Shown: positions 1 to 9,894, numbered from the stretch's first letter. The stretch is DNA of 64,000 nucleotides from an uncultured Chloroflexia bacterium (GCA_963822175.1 CAWGGJ010000003.1:582802-646801), one strand, 5' to 3'. The notes: a model not told the origin generated them from the letters alone. A program made the numbers and translations.

Positions 1-1905
1 ATGTACCGGTCTTACCCAATTTACCACGGGAGGCGTGACGTCCACCAGGTTTACCGCTTCACTAACATTGTTGATCAAGTCTGGATCATGGGTACTGTCC
101 GAGTTTACCGTTGCACTATTGATTAACTCCATCGTCTGTGTGATTTCCACGGTTGTGGTGATCACTACCTGTGCTTCCTCAGCCTGGCTTAGGTTTCCTA
201 TCGGGCAGGTCACCTCCAGGTCAGAAATTGTGCAATTATCCGGATATGAACCGATGAACCTCACCTCGCCCGGCAGCGTGTCGACCATGCTTACCCCCAG
301 CGCATCCGATGGTCCCTGGTTGGTAACCGTGATGTTGTAAATGAGTATGCCTCCCGGCAATAGGACTTCCGGATTGCCCAGGGCTGTCACTGCCAGGTCC
401 GCGGATGGGATCACTGTTGTCGATGCTTCCGACGTATTATTACTCATATTTTTATCATATCCTGGTGACCCCACATTCGCCAGGTTGGTGATCACCCCAT
501 CCATCGTGGTGGTAACCACGATCGTTATGCTTGCCGTGGATAGTGCCTGGACAATTCCCAGGCTGCACACCACTATGCCATTGTCGAAGGAACACTCTCC
601 CTGCGAAGGTTCAGCTGTGTCTGCAATTACCAGTGCAGGCAGGGTGTCGGTCACCACAACCCCGGGCGCATCCAGGTTGCTTGTGTTGGAAATGGTTAGC
701 TGGTAGGTTAATGCTTCACCTGCAAACAGAGGGTCTGGAGAATCGGTTTTACCGATGGCCAGGTCGATCAATCCCTGTTCCAGGCCTAAAGTGACGCCTG
801 GTTCCGGGTCGCGGTACTGGCGGATATACACATAATCCACTTGTAGATTGGTATTTGAGCCCGCGTCGTTATAGAACGTGACCGGTAGGAAGCTGCTGGG
901 TACCTGCCCGGGTTGCGCCGATACTGCCGTGGAGGCACCATGGTCAATATCGCCGCTACTCTGCCCATTGCTCCAGCGCACTTCATAGGTGTGGTAAGCT
1001 TCATGCCAGGGTATTCCATCCACGCGTGGCAGCATCATGGTTTCGTCTTCAGTCACACGGTCGATCAGGTACAGATCATCCACGTCATCCAACCGATCCC
1101 CGATCATGGTCCGCTGCCCGCTGGTGCCGTTGATAAATCCTGCCCATTCCTTCCCCATCCCCAGGCCGTAATTCGCCCGGAATCCCACTGCCTTGTATTG
1201 GAAGGAATTTACTGTCCTGATTCCCGTTCCTTCGGGCAATGTTAATACGCCTGCCGAGACGGTCGGAGAACCGGTGAGAATCTGCCACAGATCAAAAGAT
1301 TGGAGATTGAAGTTGAATAACTCAGCTATCCCACCCGATTTTTCCAGGTCCAACACGGGTCGGATGGCATCGCTGCCGTCTCCAAGCTTGCATCCCCCAC
1401 CCGGGAACTGGCACCAGTGGTCATCGAAGAAATCAAATGTGGTTGTGCCGTCACTGATCGCCACCGCGGTCGGATTATCATAGTAAAGGTAGATCACCGT
1501 ATCCCCATTTGCCAGCGATGGCACCCGCACCCACACATATGCCAGCTGGTTGCTGCTGTCCCACCATTCGGTCCAGTATTTCAGCTCTGTCGTTCCATCG
1601 CTGTGCGTGAAGCGTATATCCGCGCCATCCACTTTCACCCGGCTGAAATCAAAGTTGCTTTCGTCCAGCTTTACCAGGACCTGGTAATAGGACAGCATCG
1701 TTCCACTATTGGAGACGATCACCTCACGCCGGTAATGCCAGTCCTCGTTGTACCATGGTGGACCCGCTTGTTCAGGATCTCCATGCTCACCTGCCAGGGT
1801 CAACTGTAGTGGCGACGCCTCGGAGGCTCTGGCTGATAAAAAGATCACAGTTAAAAAGATGCTCAATAGCCCAATGGGGATGGTCAGGCTTATGATTTTC
1901 TTCAT
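1..1905 (-). CDS. Secreted surface protein with DUF2341 + LamG-like + DUF11-type repeat regions (3' end runs off the left edge)
   Basis: Absent from the ORF track because it has no stop inside the window. Minus-strand ATG at 1905-1903 with GGAG 5 nt upstream. I translated this frame at several points (1905-1681, 790-700, 130-1) and it stays open to position 1 (635 codons). Signal peptide MKKIISLTIPIGLLSIFLTVIFLSARA. PWYNEDWHYRREVIVSN...VKVDGADIRFTHSDGTTELKYWTEWWD...YVWVRVPSLANGDTVIYLYYDNP is the DUF2341 signature. DLAIGKTDSPDPLFAGEALTYQLT and SATVNSDSTHDPDLINNVSEAVNLV are DUF11-type repeat motifs. Plus-strand ORFs 35..1809 are shadows. Confidence 0.85.
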   Translation of the reverse strand, partial: MKKIISLTIPIGLLSIFLTVIFLSARASEASPLQLTLAGEHGDPEQAGPPWYNEDWHYRREVIVSNSGTMLSYYQVLVKLDESNFDFSRVKVDGADIRFTHSDGTTELKYWTEWWDSSNQLAYVWVRVPSLANGDTVIYLYYDNPTAVAISDGTTTFDFFDDHWCQFPGGGCKLGDGSDAIRPVLDLEKSGGIAELFNFNLQSFDLWQILTGSPTVSAGVLTLPEGTGIRTVNSFQYKAVGFRANYGLGMGKEWAGFINGTSGQRTMIGDRLDDVDDLYLIDRVTEDETMMLPRVDGIPWHEAYHTYEVRWSNGQSSGDIDHGASTAVSAQPGQVPSSFLPVTFYNDAGSNTNLQVDYVYIRQYRDPEPGVTLGLEQGLIDLAIGKTDSPDPLFAGEALTYQLTISNTSNLDAPGVVVTDTLPALVIADTAEPSQGECSFDNGIVVCSLGIVQALSTASITIVVTTTMDGVITNLANVGSPGYDKNMSNNTSEASTTVIPSADLAVTALGNPEVLLPGGILIYNITVTNQGPSDALGVSMVDTLPGEVRFIGSYPDNCTISDLEVTCPIGNLSQAEEAQVVITTTVEITQTMELINSATVNSDSTHDPDLINNVSEAVNLVDVTPPVVNWVRPVH

Positions 1906-2128
1906 GGTTTCTCCTCGCTAGCTAAGATTATACGCTAATCTTTCCCATATTCGAGGTTTGCTTTTTGTAATCCTGCCTGGTTATTTCCCCATGGGTGGTC
2001 TGGCAATATATGACACTGGTGACCATTTGGAAGCGCAAAAATCCCTCAGGATAGGATACTTTTTTCATGAGTCATTATTTATTAATAGTGGAAATAAAAC
2101 TAGCTGGAAGGTTCGGGATTTACTCCCC

Positions 2129-3190
2129 TTATGGCGTAGGTGTATTGGGTTGTGTAGGTATATCTGTAGGAGGCGTTGGCTGGGTTGGTGTGGGTGGTTC
2201 AGGAGTTCTTGTCGGCGTTGGTGGTACAGGCGTATTGCTCGGTGTTGGGGCTGCCGTAGTGCTTGTCGGTGATGGTGCTGCCGTTGTTCTTGTCGGCGAT
2301 GGTGCTACCGTTGTGTTTGCAAGCGTTGGTGCCGCTGTTGTTCTTGTCGGTGTTGGCCCTGCTGTTGTTTTTGTCGGTGTTGGCCCAGCCGTGGTCGGTG
2401 TGTTCGTCCTTCCCGGTGTAGGGGTCACTGCTGCAGTGGTTTTAATCGCTGTTTTTGTCGGGGTTCTTGTCGGCGTGAACGTGTTTAACCAAGGAGGCCT
2501 TGATGTTGGGCTGGGTGTTACTGTGCCAGATGGAGGAGTGAGCAAGCCGGTCGCTGTGGAGGTCACACTCGGTGTCTGGGTTGCAGTCAGGCTGGGTGTC
2601 AGGCTTAGCAAGGAAGTTGGAGTTCCCGTGGGAGTGGGAGTTTCCGTTAACACCACCGGTGGCACTCCCTGGCAAGCTGAGACACCCGTCAATCCAAGGT
2701 TATATGCTTCAAGGGCATTATACAGCTGCACACCTGTCACTCGCTCGCTATCCGGGAGAAGATTGCCATCTGGATGGGTCACCAGCCAACCGTAAGCCTG
2801 GAAGATCGTCCCTTCGATGGATCTCTCATCTGCGCCCGAGGCAATATTCAGGAATGCCCCAACGAGCTGTACCTTGAGTTTGTTGGCTGGGTCTTCACTC
2901 TCATCTGCAAGCACCGTCGCAATTTCATTTGCCTGGTAAATGTCGTTTCCGATCACGATCTGAGCTGGGTAAAGCTCAACGTGCTCCTTCCAAAAATAGA
3001 CCGGATAGGTGCAGTTTTTATCCACCATTGAGCTAACCGCAGTACTGCTGGGTCCCGCTGAGGTTAATAGGTTCCATGGTTCGAGCGTAGCGATAAGCCA
3101 TACCAGACCAATAAAAATTACTGCCGTCGCAACGACAAGAATGAGCACCAGCCCTCGCTTTGTGGTTATCTCATTGTTCATGGATTGCAT
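2129..3190 (-). CDS. Membrane-anchored protein with globular ectodomain and long Pro/Thr-rich C-terminal tail
   Basis: 353-aa ORF with N-terminal TM anchor GLVLILVVATAVIFIGLVWLIA. The last ~190 aa are almost only P/T/S/A, with 9-aa (27-bp) tandem units such as TTAGPTPTK/TTAAPSPTS. The 242-aa plus-strand ORF 2067..2795 is its low-complexity shadow. No family recognised. Confidence 0.7.
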   Translation of the reverse strand: MQSMNNEITTKRGLVLILVVATAVIFIGLVWLIATLEPWNLLTSAGPSSTAVSSMVDKNCTYPVYFWKEHVELYPAQIVIGNDIYQANEIATVLADESEDPANKLKVQLVGAFLNIASGADERSIEGTIFQAYGWLVTHPDGNLLPDSERVTGVQLYNALEAYNLGLTGVSACQGVPPVVLTETPTPTGTPTSLLSLTPSLTATQTPSVTSTATGLLTPPSGTVTPSPTSRPPWLNTFTPTRTPTKTAIKTTAAVTPTPGRTNTPTTAGPTPTKTTAGPTPTRTTAAPTLANTTVAPSPTRTTAAPSPTSTTAAPTPSNTPVPPTPTRTPEPPTPTQPTPPTDIPTQPNTPTP

Positions 3191-3392
3191 TCACACTGCC
3201 TACCCAAATATACTCCAACCTGCCTCATCATTTCAGTCTAAAATTGACGCCCCAATACCACCAGGGGATGATTTCTTACAAAATTTAAATCATCCACATA
3301 TCAAATATTAACAATTTTACTCTATAGTAAGGCAAGATTTAGGAAATCAAATGGTTATAGATAGATAGAAAAATAATAAGGAGGTAAAAACT

Positions 3393-3863
3393 ATGTTAAC
3401 TCGTTGGGATCCATTCCAGGAAATGTTAAATCTTCGCCGCACTGTCGATCGTCTGTTCGACAACGCCAGCCAGGATCATGACTGGGCTCAATCTTCTGCG
3501 TGGGGTTTGGCTGTGGATGTTGTCGAAAACAAGGAAGACTTCATTGTTAAAGCCTCTGTCCCCGGGATTAATCCGGATGATCTGGATATCTCGTATGTTG
3601 ACGACACCCTCACCATCAAGGGTGAGATCAAGTCGGAAAATGAAGTCAAGGAAGACCAGTATCACCTGCGCGAGCGTCGCTATGGCACCTTCTCCCGCAG
3701 CATCACCCTGCCCACCAAGATCAAAGGGGATGCCATTGATGCTTCCTACCAAAATGGTGTCATAACCCTGCGGTTGCCCAAGGCTGAGGAAGTCAAGCCC
3801 AAGCGCATCGCCATCAAAGTCGGCGATCAAAAGATGATCGAAGGCAAAGTCAAAAGCAAATAA
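3393..3863 (+). CDS. Small heat-shock protein, Hsp20/alpha-crystallin family
   Basis: 156 aa with AAGGAGG 8 nt upstream of the ATG. Alpha-crystallin domain motifs: DVVENKEDFIVKASVPGINPDDLDISYVDDTLTIKGE, RERRYGTFSRSITLP, GVITLRLPK. Followed by a clean intrinsic terminator. Confidence 0.95.
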   Translation: MLTRWDPFQEMLNLRRTVDRLFDNASQDHDWAQSSAWGLAVDVVENKEDFIVKASVPGINPDDLDISYVDDTLTIKGEIKSENEVKEDQYHLRERRYGTFSRSITLPTKIKGDAIDASYQNGVITLRLPKAEEVKPKRIAIKVGDQKMIEGKVKSK

Positions 3864-3895
3864 CCGCTCGATCGCAGATCAAAGATTAAGGATTC

Positions 3896-3946
3896 GAATC
3901 CCCCACATCCATTGAATGACCCTAAGGAGTGGGGGATTCTTTTTTA
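3896..3946 (+). terminator. Rho-independent terminator of hsp20
   Basis: GAATCCCCCA (3896-3905) pairs with TGGGGGATTC (3930-3939), followed by a T6 run (3940-3945). Confidence 0.8.
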
Positions 3947-4307
3947 ATAAGCCTTCATGTAGGGGTTAGCAGATTAGTATTGGGGATATCAACTTTTATC
4001 GTGTGCAGCCATTATTTCATAAAGATTGTTTCATCAAGCTTCACTGCATTCGGTGTGACCAAACCATCGATGAACTCAACAGTTTATCCTGCATATTCGG
4101 AAGCAAGTGGCAAGAGATGTCGGTTGGTAGTGAGATTCTCACCAGAAAGGGACACATTGTCAGGCATCCTTACCGAGTGCCCTTTTTATGGTTTGAATTT
4201 CCGTTTAATGACCTACTCACACCCCGGTAGTCATTTTTGAATGTTCAGAATTAAATATTGCTAAACCAGGGTCTTTGGTGGTAAGTGGTACGAGTGATGT
4301 TTACGTT

Positions 4308-6467
4308 CTATTGCATAATGAGCGGCATGAACTTTATTATCCCCGCGAACAGATGCAGGGAGTTATTATGGTAATACAAGGACCACCGAATTTCTGCTAT
4401 CGGGGGGATCGTTACTGGTGAAAAATCGCCTGTCCGAGAGTTATACGACAGGAGGATAAAGTGATCACCAACCTGGGGAGTGTAGCCACCGGTAAAACTG
4501 ATATTGTATGGTCCATTCAAATAAAAATCAGTGGCAGTCATTTGGCTATAATCAGTGGCTGGTATGGTACCTTGAATCGCCAGGTTGGTGATTCCATCAG
4601 CTTCCTGCCTGAAGGTGGTCACCCAGATATTCCCGGTGGTCAGGTTCAGGATTCCGTAATTGTTAAACGTCCCTTCATTGCGAACTACATATGCACCGGA
4701 AGTCTGGATGGTAAATGTTGCCCCAGCCTGGTTGTTGAAGATGGCTGAATTATTCATACTCAAATAGCTGGTTTTAGTCCAGGTGGCAACACCGGCATTA
4801 TTGAATGTACGATCCAAAATGCTGATCTCTGCTGTACCGGTGAAGTTGACCGCACTGGTGGCATTGGTCACACCGCTGCCAGACATCGTCCCACTATCCC
4901 AGTTGATCGTATCAGCAGTCAGGTCACCCGCACCGGTCAATGTCCCACCGGTCATGTTCAGGATCGTTGTGGTGGCGGTGCTGCCGGTGCCCAGGCTTAA
5001 TATGCCGCTGATGATAGTAGTACCATCGGTGAACGCATACGTCCCATCGACGTTGACACTACTCACAATATCGACCGTTCCAGTCCCGCTGAAGGTTACC
5101 TCCCCACTCAGGTTATTCGTCCCACTTAGGCGTAAGCTGGCACCTGATGAGATATCAAATTCACCGCTGATGGTCGAGCTCGCCGTGTTGAGTAACTCCA
5201 GCGTTTCCGCCTCAATATTGACAATGCCGGAGGCAAAATTATTAAACCCTACATAGAATGTGGTATTCCCTGAGCTGCTCTTCGTGATGGTGCCGTAATT
5301 GTTAAACGTCCCTTGAATGCGAACTACATACGATCCGGAAGTCTGGATGGTAAATGTTGCCCCAGCCTGGTTGTTGAAGATGGCTGAATTATTCATACTC
5401 AAATAGCTGGTTTTGGTCCAGGTGGCAACACCGGTATTGTTGAATGTACGATCCAAAAGGCTGATCTCTGCTGTACCGGTGAAGTTGGCAATGGTGCTGG
5501 CGGTGGTTGAGCCACTGCCAGACATCGTCCCACTATCCCAGTTGATCGTATCAGCAGTCAAGTCGCCCGCACCGGTCAATGTCCCACCGGTCATGTTCAG
5601 GATCGTTGTGCTGGCGGTGCTGCCGGTGCCCAGGCTTAATATGCCGCTGATGATATTAGTACTGCCGGTGAACGCATACGTCCCATCGACGTTGACACTA
5701 CTCACAATATCGACCGTTCCAGTCCCGCTGAAGGTTACCTCCCCACTCAGGTTATTCGTCCCACTTAGGCGTAAGCTGGCACCTGATGAGATATCGAATG
5801 CACCGCTGATGGTCGAGCTCGCCGTGTTGAGTAACTCCAGCGTTTCCGCCTCAATGTTGACAATGCCGGAGGCAAAATTATTAAATCCTACATAGAATGT
5901 GGTATTCCCTGAGCTGCTCTTGGTGATGGTGCCGTAATTGTTAAACGTCCCTTGAATGCGAACTACATACGATCCGGATGTCTGGATGGTTAATGTTGCC
6001 CCAGCCTGGTTGTTGAAGATGGCTTCATCATTCATACTCAAGTAGCTGGTTTTGGTCCAGGTGGCAACACCGGCATTGTTGAATGTACGATCCAAAAGGG
6101 TGATCTCTGCTGTACCGGTGAAGTTGGCAATGGTGCTGGCGGTGGTTGAGCCACTGCCAGACATCGTCCCGCTTTCCCAGTTGATCGTGCCGGCAGTCAG
6201 GTCTCCTGCCCCTGTCAATGTCCCATTAGACAGGGACAGGCTTCCCACCTCTGCACTACTGGATACAGTGACCGTGCTACCGATATTAATGATGGCATCA
6301 TCATCGACACCAGGGACATGTCCGCAGCTCCAGTGGGTGAGATCATTCCAGTCACCGCTGACACCTGTCCAGGTGCAGCTGGCAGCCTGGGCGGTGTCGG
6401 TAGAAGAAATAAATAGGAAAATCATCAAAAAAAGTAATATGGATATGAAATGCATTCTGGTTTTCAT
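4308..6467 (-). CDS. Secreted repeat protein (beta-strand-rich, three ~213-aa tandem repeats)
   Basis: 719 aa with signal peptide MKTRMHFISILLFLMIFLFISSTDTAQA. Repeated block TLTGAGDLTA[GD]TINW[ED]SGTMSGSG...TFNN[AT]GVATWTKTSYLSMN...GTFNNYGTITKSSSGNTTFYVGFNNFASGIVNIEAETLELLN. Ends in FMPLIMQ. Family not recognised beyond Gly/Thr/Asn-rich beta-helix-like composition. Confidence 0.85.
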   Translation of the reverse strand: MKTRMHFISILLFLMIFLFISSTDTAQAASCTWTGVSGDWNDLTHWSCGHVPGVDDDAIINIGSTVTVSSSAEVGSLSLSNGTLTGAGDLTAGTINWESGTMSGSGSTTASTIANFTGTAEITLLDRTFNNAGVATWTKTSYLSMNDEAIFNNQAGATLTIQTSGSYVVRIQGTFNNYGTITKSSSGNTTFYVGFNNFASGIVNIEAETLELLNTASSTISGAFDISSGASLRLSGTNNLSGEVTFSGTGTVDIVSSVNVDGTYAFTGSTNIISGILSLGTGSTASTTILNMTGGTLTGAGDLTADTINWDSGTMSGSGSTTASTIANFTGTAEISLLDRTFNNTGVATWTKTSYLSMNNSAIFNNQAGATFTIQTSGSYVVRIQGTFNNYGTITKSSSGNTTFYVGFNNFASGIVNIEAETLELLNTASSTISGEFDISSGASLRLSGTNNLSGEVTFSGTGTVDIVSSVNVDGTYAFTDGTTIISGILSLGTGSTATTTILNMTGGTLTGAGDLTADTINWDSGTMSGSGVTNATSAVNFTGTAEISILDRTFNNAGVATWTKTSYLSMNNSAIFNNQAGATFTIQTSGAYVVRNEGTFNNYGILNLTTGNIWVTTFRQEADGITNLAIQGTIPATDYSQMTATDFYLNGPYNISFTGGYTPQVGDHFILLSYNSRTGDFSPVTIPPIAEIRWSLYYHNNSLHLFAGIIKFMPLIMQ
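4640..6233. repeat. Intragenic tandem repeat, ~639-bp unit, about 2.5 copies
   Basis: The same DNA block recurs with starts near 4783, 5413 and 6052 (see the near-identical shadow ORFs in the track). The protein copies differ at only a few residues. Confidence 0.9.
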
Positions 6468-6727
6468 TGTGTACCCTCCTTGAATTTTTCCGCCTCTATT
6501 AATTTACTCTTAATAATCCATTATTTATTATATCCCCAATCTAGAAAATCATCACACCACCGCTCGGTCATGTTTATTGAGATTCCCAATCAGTCTCTCA
6601 AAATCATCACAGTGAGTCTCTTTCAAGTTATTCTGCACAACCAGTCGCTCAAATGCCTGGCGCGGTTTGTGGCATTATATAGAACGTCCCTATTCAATTA
6701 CAAATCCATGTGTTTAGAAACTGGTTG

Positions 6728-7756
6728 TTACCTGATCAAAAAATCCCATGGGTTGACTTTCCCATAGATACTACTGAGTAGTTCAAAGTGTAAATGAGGA
6801 CCAGTAGAATTACCGGTTGTACCTAGTCCGCCAATCACCGTTCCTTGCCCTACGCTCTGCCCACAGATAACACCTACCGAGCTTAAATGAGCATATGCAG
6901 ATTGCCAACCGTTCCCATGATCCAACACGATCAGGTAACCATACCCATACTGACTCCAACCCGCAAATACAACCACGCCACTATCTGTGGCGTAGATTGC
7001 GTTGCCTTCGCCACCGGCAATATCAATCCCATTATGAATCGGAGGGCTGTAATCATAACCAGACAGGGTGGTTGCCACTGTAGGCCAGATAAAACTGCCA
7101 ATTCCAACGGCACCCTCATAGATCTCACCACAATAACCTTCGCCGTAATAAGCTGCCGCTGCCGGATTGCTCCGCGTGATCGGGGGAGGTCCCCAATCTT
7201 TCAATACACGCTTTCCACCGGGAATGATCAGCCAGGTTCCTACCGCGATATCCGGTGATGTCGGATCAGTCAGGTCAGTTAGAAGCCGGTTCCCCGGGTA
7301 ATCGAGGATTGCATCTGGCTCCACCCGGAAAAAGTTGGCTACAGAGGTAACATTATCACCTTCCACCCATTGATAATAAACACCATCTGTGGGCAGGATA
7401 TTTAATTCCTGTCCAGGGCTCAAGAATTGTGGGTTATCCCGCAAAACTTCGTAATTCCCCCACAATACAGTCTCTGGACGTAAACCATATTTCTCGGCAA
7501 TTAAAAACAGGTTGTCACCTGGCTTTACTTTATATTTAGTTACATCCACGGATGGTCGTTTTGGAATGGTGGTATCAAGAGAAACCAGCCTTGGGATGCC
7601 GTGAATATAGGTATCATCGGGTGTAAGATAGTCAGGCAGATCAACCATTGCCGGTGAGTTTGATGTTTGAGGCGGGGATGTACCTTCCCTATACATTGCA
7701 GAAGTAACTCCTGATGATTTTGACCTGATGGTCTGCTGGACGCCATAGACAGCCAC
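6728..7756 (-). CDS. LysM domain + M23 family metallopeptidase
   Basis: LysM motif YKVKPGDNLFLIAEKYGL. M23 motifs HNGIDIAGGEGNAIYATDSGVV and GTTGNSTGPHLHFEL. The track start (GTG 7756) lies inside a hydrophobic segment. A better N-terminus exists at ATG 7815 in another frame (see finding). Confidence 0.9.
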   Translation of the reverse strand: MAVYGVQQTIRSKSSGVTSAMYREGTSPPQTSNSPAMVDLPDYLTPDDTYIHGIPRLVSLDTTIPKRPSVDVTKYKVKPGDNLFLIAEKYGLRPETVLWGNYEVLRDNPQFLSPGQELNILPTDGVYYQWVEGDNVTSVANFFRVEPDAILDYPGNRLLTDLTDPTSPDIAVGTWLIIPGGKRVLKDWGPPPITRSNPAAAAYYGEGYCGEIYEGAVGIGSFIWPTVATTLSGYDYSPPIHNGIDIAGGEGNAIYATDSGVVVFAGWSQYGYGYLIVLDHGNGWQSAYAHLSSVGVICGQSVGQGTVIGGLGTTGNSTGPHLHFELLSSIYGKVNPWDFLIR

Positions 7757-8071
7757 CAGGAGTAGTGCAGTTGCAATAATCCAATTCCAATCTTAGATAG
7801 AGTGTGTTTGGTCATAATTATGGTGTGGTCAACTTTTGCAAGCCCATCGCTACCTCACCGCCGCCAGGGACGATATGCACCTATTCTTTGTGCTTCAGGA
7901 TCCTGTGCAACAGGTGATTCAAGCTGGGGTGGGCAGTTAACAGGACGGGAATTATAACCCATCCAGGGTGAAAACCGCCCTGCGAAGATGCTTTGGGTTT
8001 TATTCTTTAAAGTAGCACATGTGAACGGATCAGTGCATTCCATAAAAATCGGTTTATTTTCTATCGGCATA

Positions 8072-9556
8072 TTATGGCACAATGGTCGCCGTGGTTGGAA
8101 GCTCCACCCCAACATCGATCGTTAGCACCCATCCAACGATAGCTCCGCCATCTCCTGTCAGGTACTCCACCAGGACGCACTCGCGGCTAAATTCGTCGAA
8201 GCGCCGTTCAGCTGGCAGAAAGCGCACGCTTTCACCGGACGGAATCCTTCCTATGGCGGTGAATTTTTCGTAACATCCATTCCGGGCAAACACTTCCCTT
8301 TGCGTGAAGGCAGCTATGGGGGTCGGGGTAAGCGTGGCTGTCAAAGTAGGCAGCAATGTGGGGGTCAGCGTGGCTGTCTGGGTAGGCGAGGGGGTAAATG
8401 TGGCGGTGGACGTGGCAGTGAACGTCAGGGTGGGGGTCTGGGCTACCATGTAAGCCTGGTATTTTCCCTTACCCCATGTGCCTAAGACAACCAGGATAAG
8501 GATCACCACCAGGACAAGGCCAGCCTTGATCCCTCTCAATTTCCAGCGATAGCCGCCCAGTTTTCGCTGCAGTTCTTTCACGCCCGGATCAATTGGAAAA
8601 CGCTTTACCACTTCGGTGCTCAAGCGGGCGGCTTCAGCTGGCCAGGCCGGATTTTTCTCATAAGCCTGGTTGGCAGCCTGCAGATCGTTATCGTATTTCT
8701 GAAAAGTGCGCTGCTGGCGCTCGATCTCACTTTGCAGGCGGTCCAGGCTTTCGTCTATACCCTCCAGGTTTCGAATTTGCGCCAGGCTTTGCCGAGCCTG
8801 CTTGTTTAGGTACAGTCCTTCCTCGAGTGTGGTAGCGTGTTCAGCCTGGTTCGTCAGCGCCCGTGTCTGTTCTTTTAATGGCTCTACCACGCGTGGCGTG
8901 ATGGCTTTAAAGCGCTCGATCAGCCGTTCAAAAGCCGGATTTTCTCCGTATTCGACCACCAGCGCATCCAGGCTGGCTTTCGCCTGCGATGCAGCTTGTG
9001 GGTCAAGGTCAGCCTGGTTTAAACTGTCGTAGATCGAACGCAAGCTGTCTTTAACTTTCCGGAGACTCTGCGCCCGCTCTGAATACTTCGGCATGCCCGT
9101 CGCACTAACCGCGGCTTGTATCCTCTCAATGGCCTCCTCAATATTCCCTTGCCGGAAAAGATTAAGCCCTTCTTCATAGGCGATTTCAGCATCGATGTTT
9201 TCCTGGAGCTTTTGAGCGAAGTCTTGGCCTTCTTGCCAGCGTTGAATACCCAGCTCATGCAATGCCTTCTGGGCGCTTTCCAACAACACCAGGGCATCGG
9301 CAAAGCGTCCCACCCGGGCAGCAGATTGTGCTTTACCGTATGCAGAGGCTGCATCCGCCGGTAAGGCAACCACCGGGATGTAACCGGTTCGTAAGTAATT
9401 CTCAGCCTCGGTGCGGTGCTGTCGAGCTCGTTCCCAATTTGGCTCCAACTGCAAGATACGGTCGAAGATTTGTACAGCTTCGGCATAGCGACCGGTGTAG
9501 AATAGCTTCTCGGCCATTTCCATCTGTGATTCAGCCGCTGGGTTATGTTCTCGCAT
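8072..9556 (-). CDS. TPR/coiled-coil protein with one TM helix, PT linker and SH3b-like C-terminal domain
   Basis: The track ORF is 8072..9640. I prefer ATG 9556 (GGAG 3 nt upstream, 13 nt after the stop of the preceding small ORF). TPR-like N-terminus (AEKLFYTGRYAEAVQIFDRILQLEPNW), long helical region, TM GLVLVVILILVVLGTWG, TPT-rich linker, then C-terminus ...GESVRFLPAE...GGAIVGWVL. Confidence 0.7.
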   Translation of the reverse strand: MREHNPAAESQMEMAEKLFYTGRYAEAVQIFDRILQLEPNWERARQHRTEAENYLRTGYIPVVALPADAASAYGKAQSAARVGRFADALVLLESAQKALHELGIQRWQEGQDFAQKLQENIDAEIAYEEGLNLFRQGNIEEAIERIQAAVSATGMPKYSERAQSLRKVKDSLRSIYDSLNQADLDPQAASQAKASLDALVVEYGENPAFERLIERFKAITPRVVEPLKEQTRALTNQAEHATTLEEGLYLNKQARQSLAQIRNLEGIDESLDRLQSEIERQQRTFQKYDNDLQAANQAYEKNPAWPAEAARLSTEVVKRFPIDPGVKELQRKLGGYRWKLRGIKAGLVLVVILILVVLGTWGKGKYQAYMVAQTPTLTFTATSTATFTPSPTQTATLTPTLLPTLTATLTPTPIAAFTQREVFARNGCYEKFTAIGRIPSGESVRFLPAERRFDEFSRECVLVEYLTGDGGAIVGWVLTIDVGVELPTTATIVP

Positions 9557-9569
9557 CGGCTCCGGAAGG

Positions 9570-9860
9570 TTAGTTGCCTGGCTCGGATTTTGTTTCTTGG
9601 AACACAGCGGATTCCTGGTCCTGGCCAGCTGTCTTTTCAACCGCTACATCACTTCCATTTTCCAATTGCTGGATCCGCTGCATTAATTCCTTGCGCCTTG
9701 CCTGAAGTGTGCTGCGCTGGTCAAGCGCCAGGGTCTGGTAATCAGGTGAGTTGACCAGCTCTTCAATGTCAAGCAGGAGATGTCGCACATCAACCACGCC
9801 AGCGGAGGAGCTGTCTTGGAGCTCTTGATATTTCTTTTCTATTTCTTCAAATGAATCCAT
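9570..9860 (-). CDS. Small acidic coiled-coil protein (hypothetical)
   Basis: 96-aa ORF between the kinase-like gene and the TPR gene on the same strand with short gaps (34 and 13 nt). Helical heptad-like sequence. No strong RBS seen. Confidence 0.5.
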   Translation of the reverse strand: MDSFEEIEKKYQELQDSSSAGVVDVRHLLLDIEELVNSPDYQTLALDQRSTLQARRKELMQRIQQLENGSDVAVEKTAGQDQESAVFQETKSEPGN

Positions 9861-9894
9861 ATGTTTTTAAACGTTCGTGCTCTTGTATGCTTTC

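Noticed and set aside
2067-2795. Long antisense ORFs opposite real genes. Examples: 2067..2795, 4783..5256, 5413..5895, 18724..19407, 21106..22077, 23376..23993, 51918..52604 and 54373..55434.
   Set aside because: Each lies fully inside a gene with clear family motifs on the other strand. They have biased, low-complexity or Gly/Arg/Val-rich composition, and no RBS or recognisable motifs. They are shadow ORFs.
7855-8115. The 86-aa ORF in the gap between the M23 gene and the TPR gene, and similar 60-90-aa ORFs in AT-rich intergenic regions (12992..13278, 13562..13765, 3929..4240).
   Set aside because: No RBS and no recognisable motifs. They overlap neighbouring gene ends or lie in probable promoter and terminator regions.
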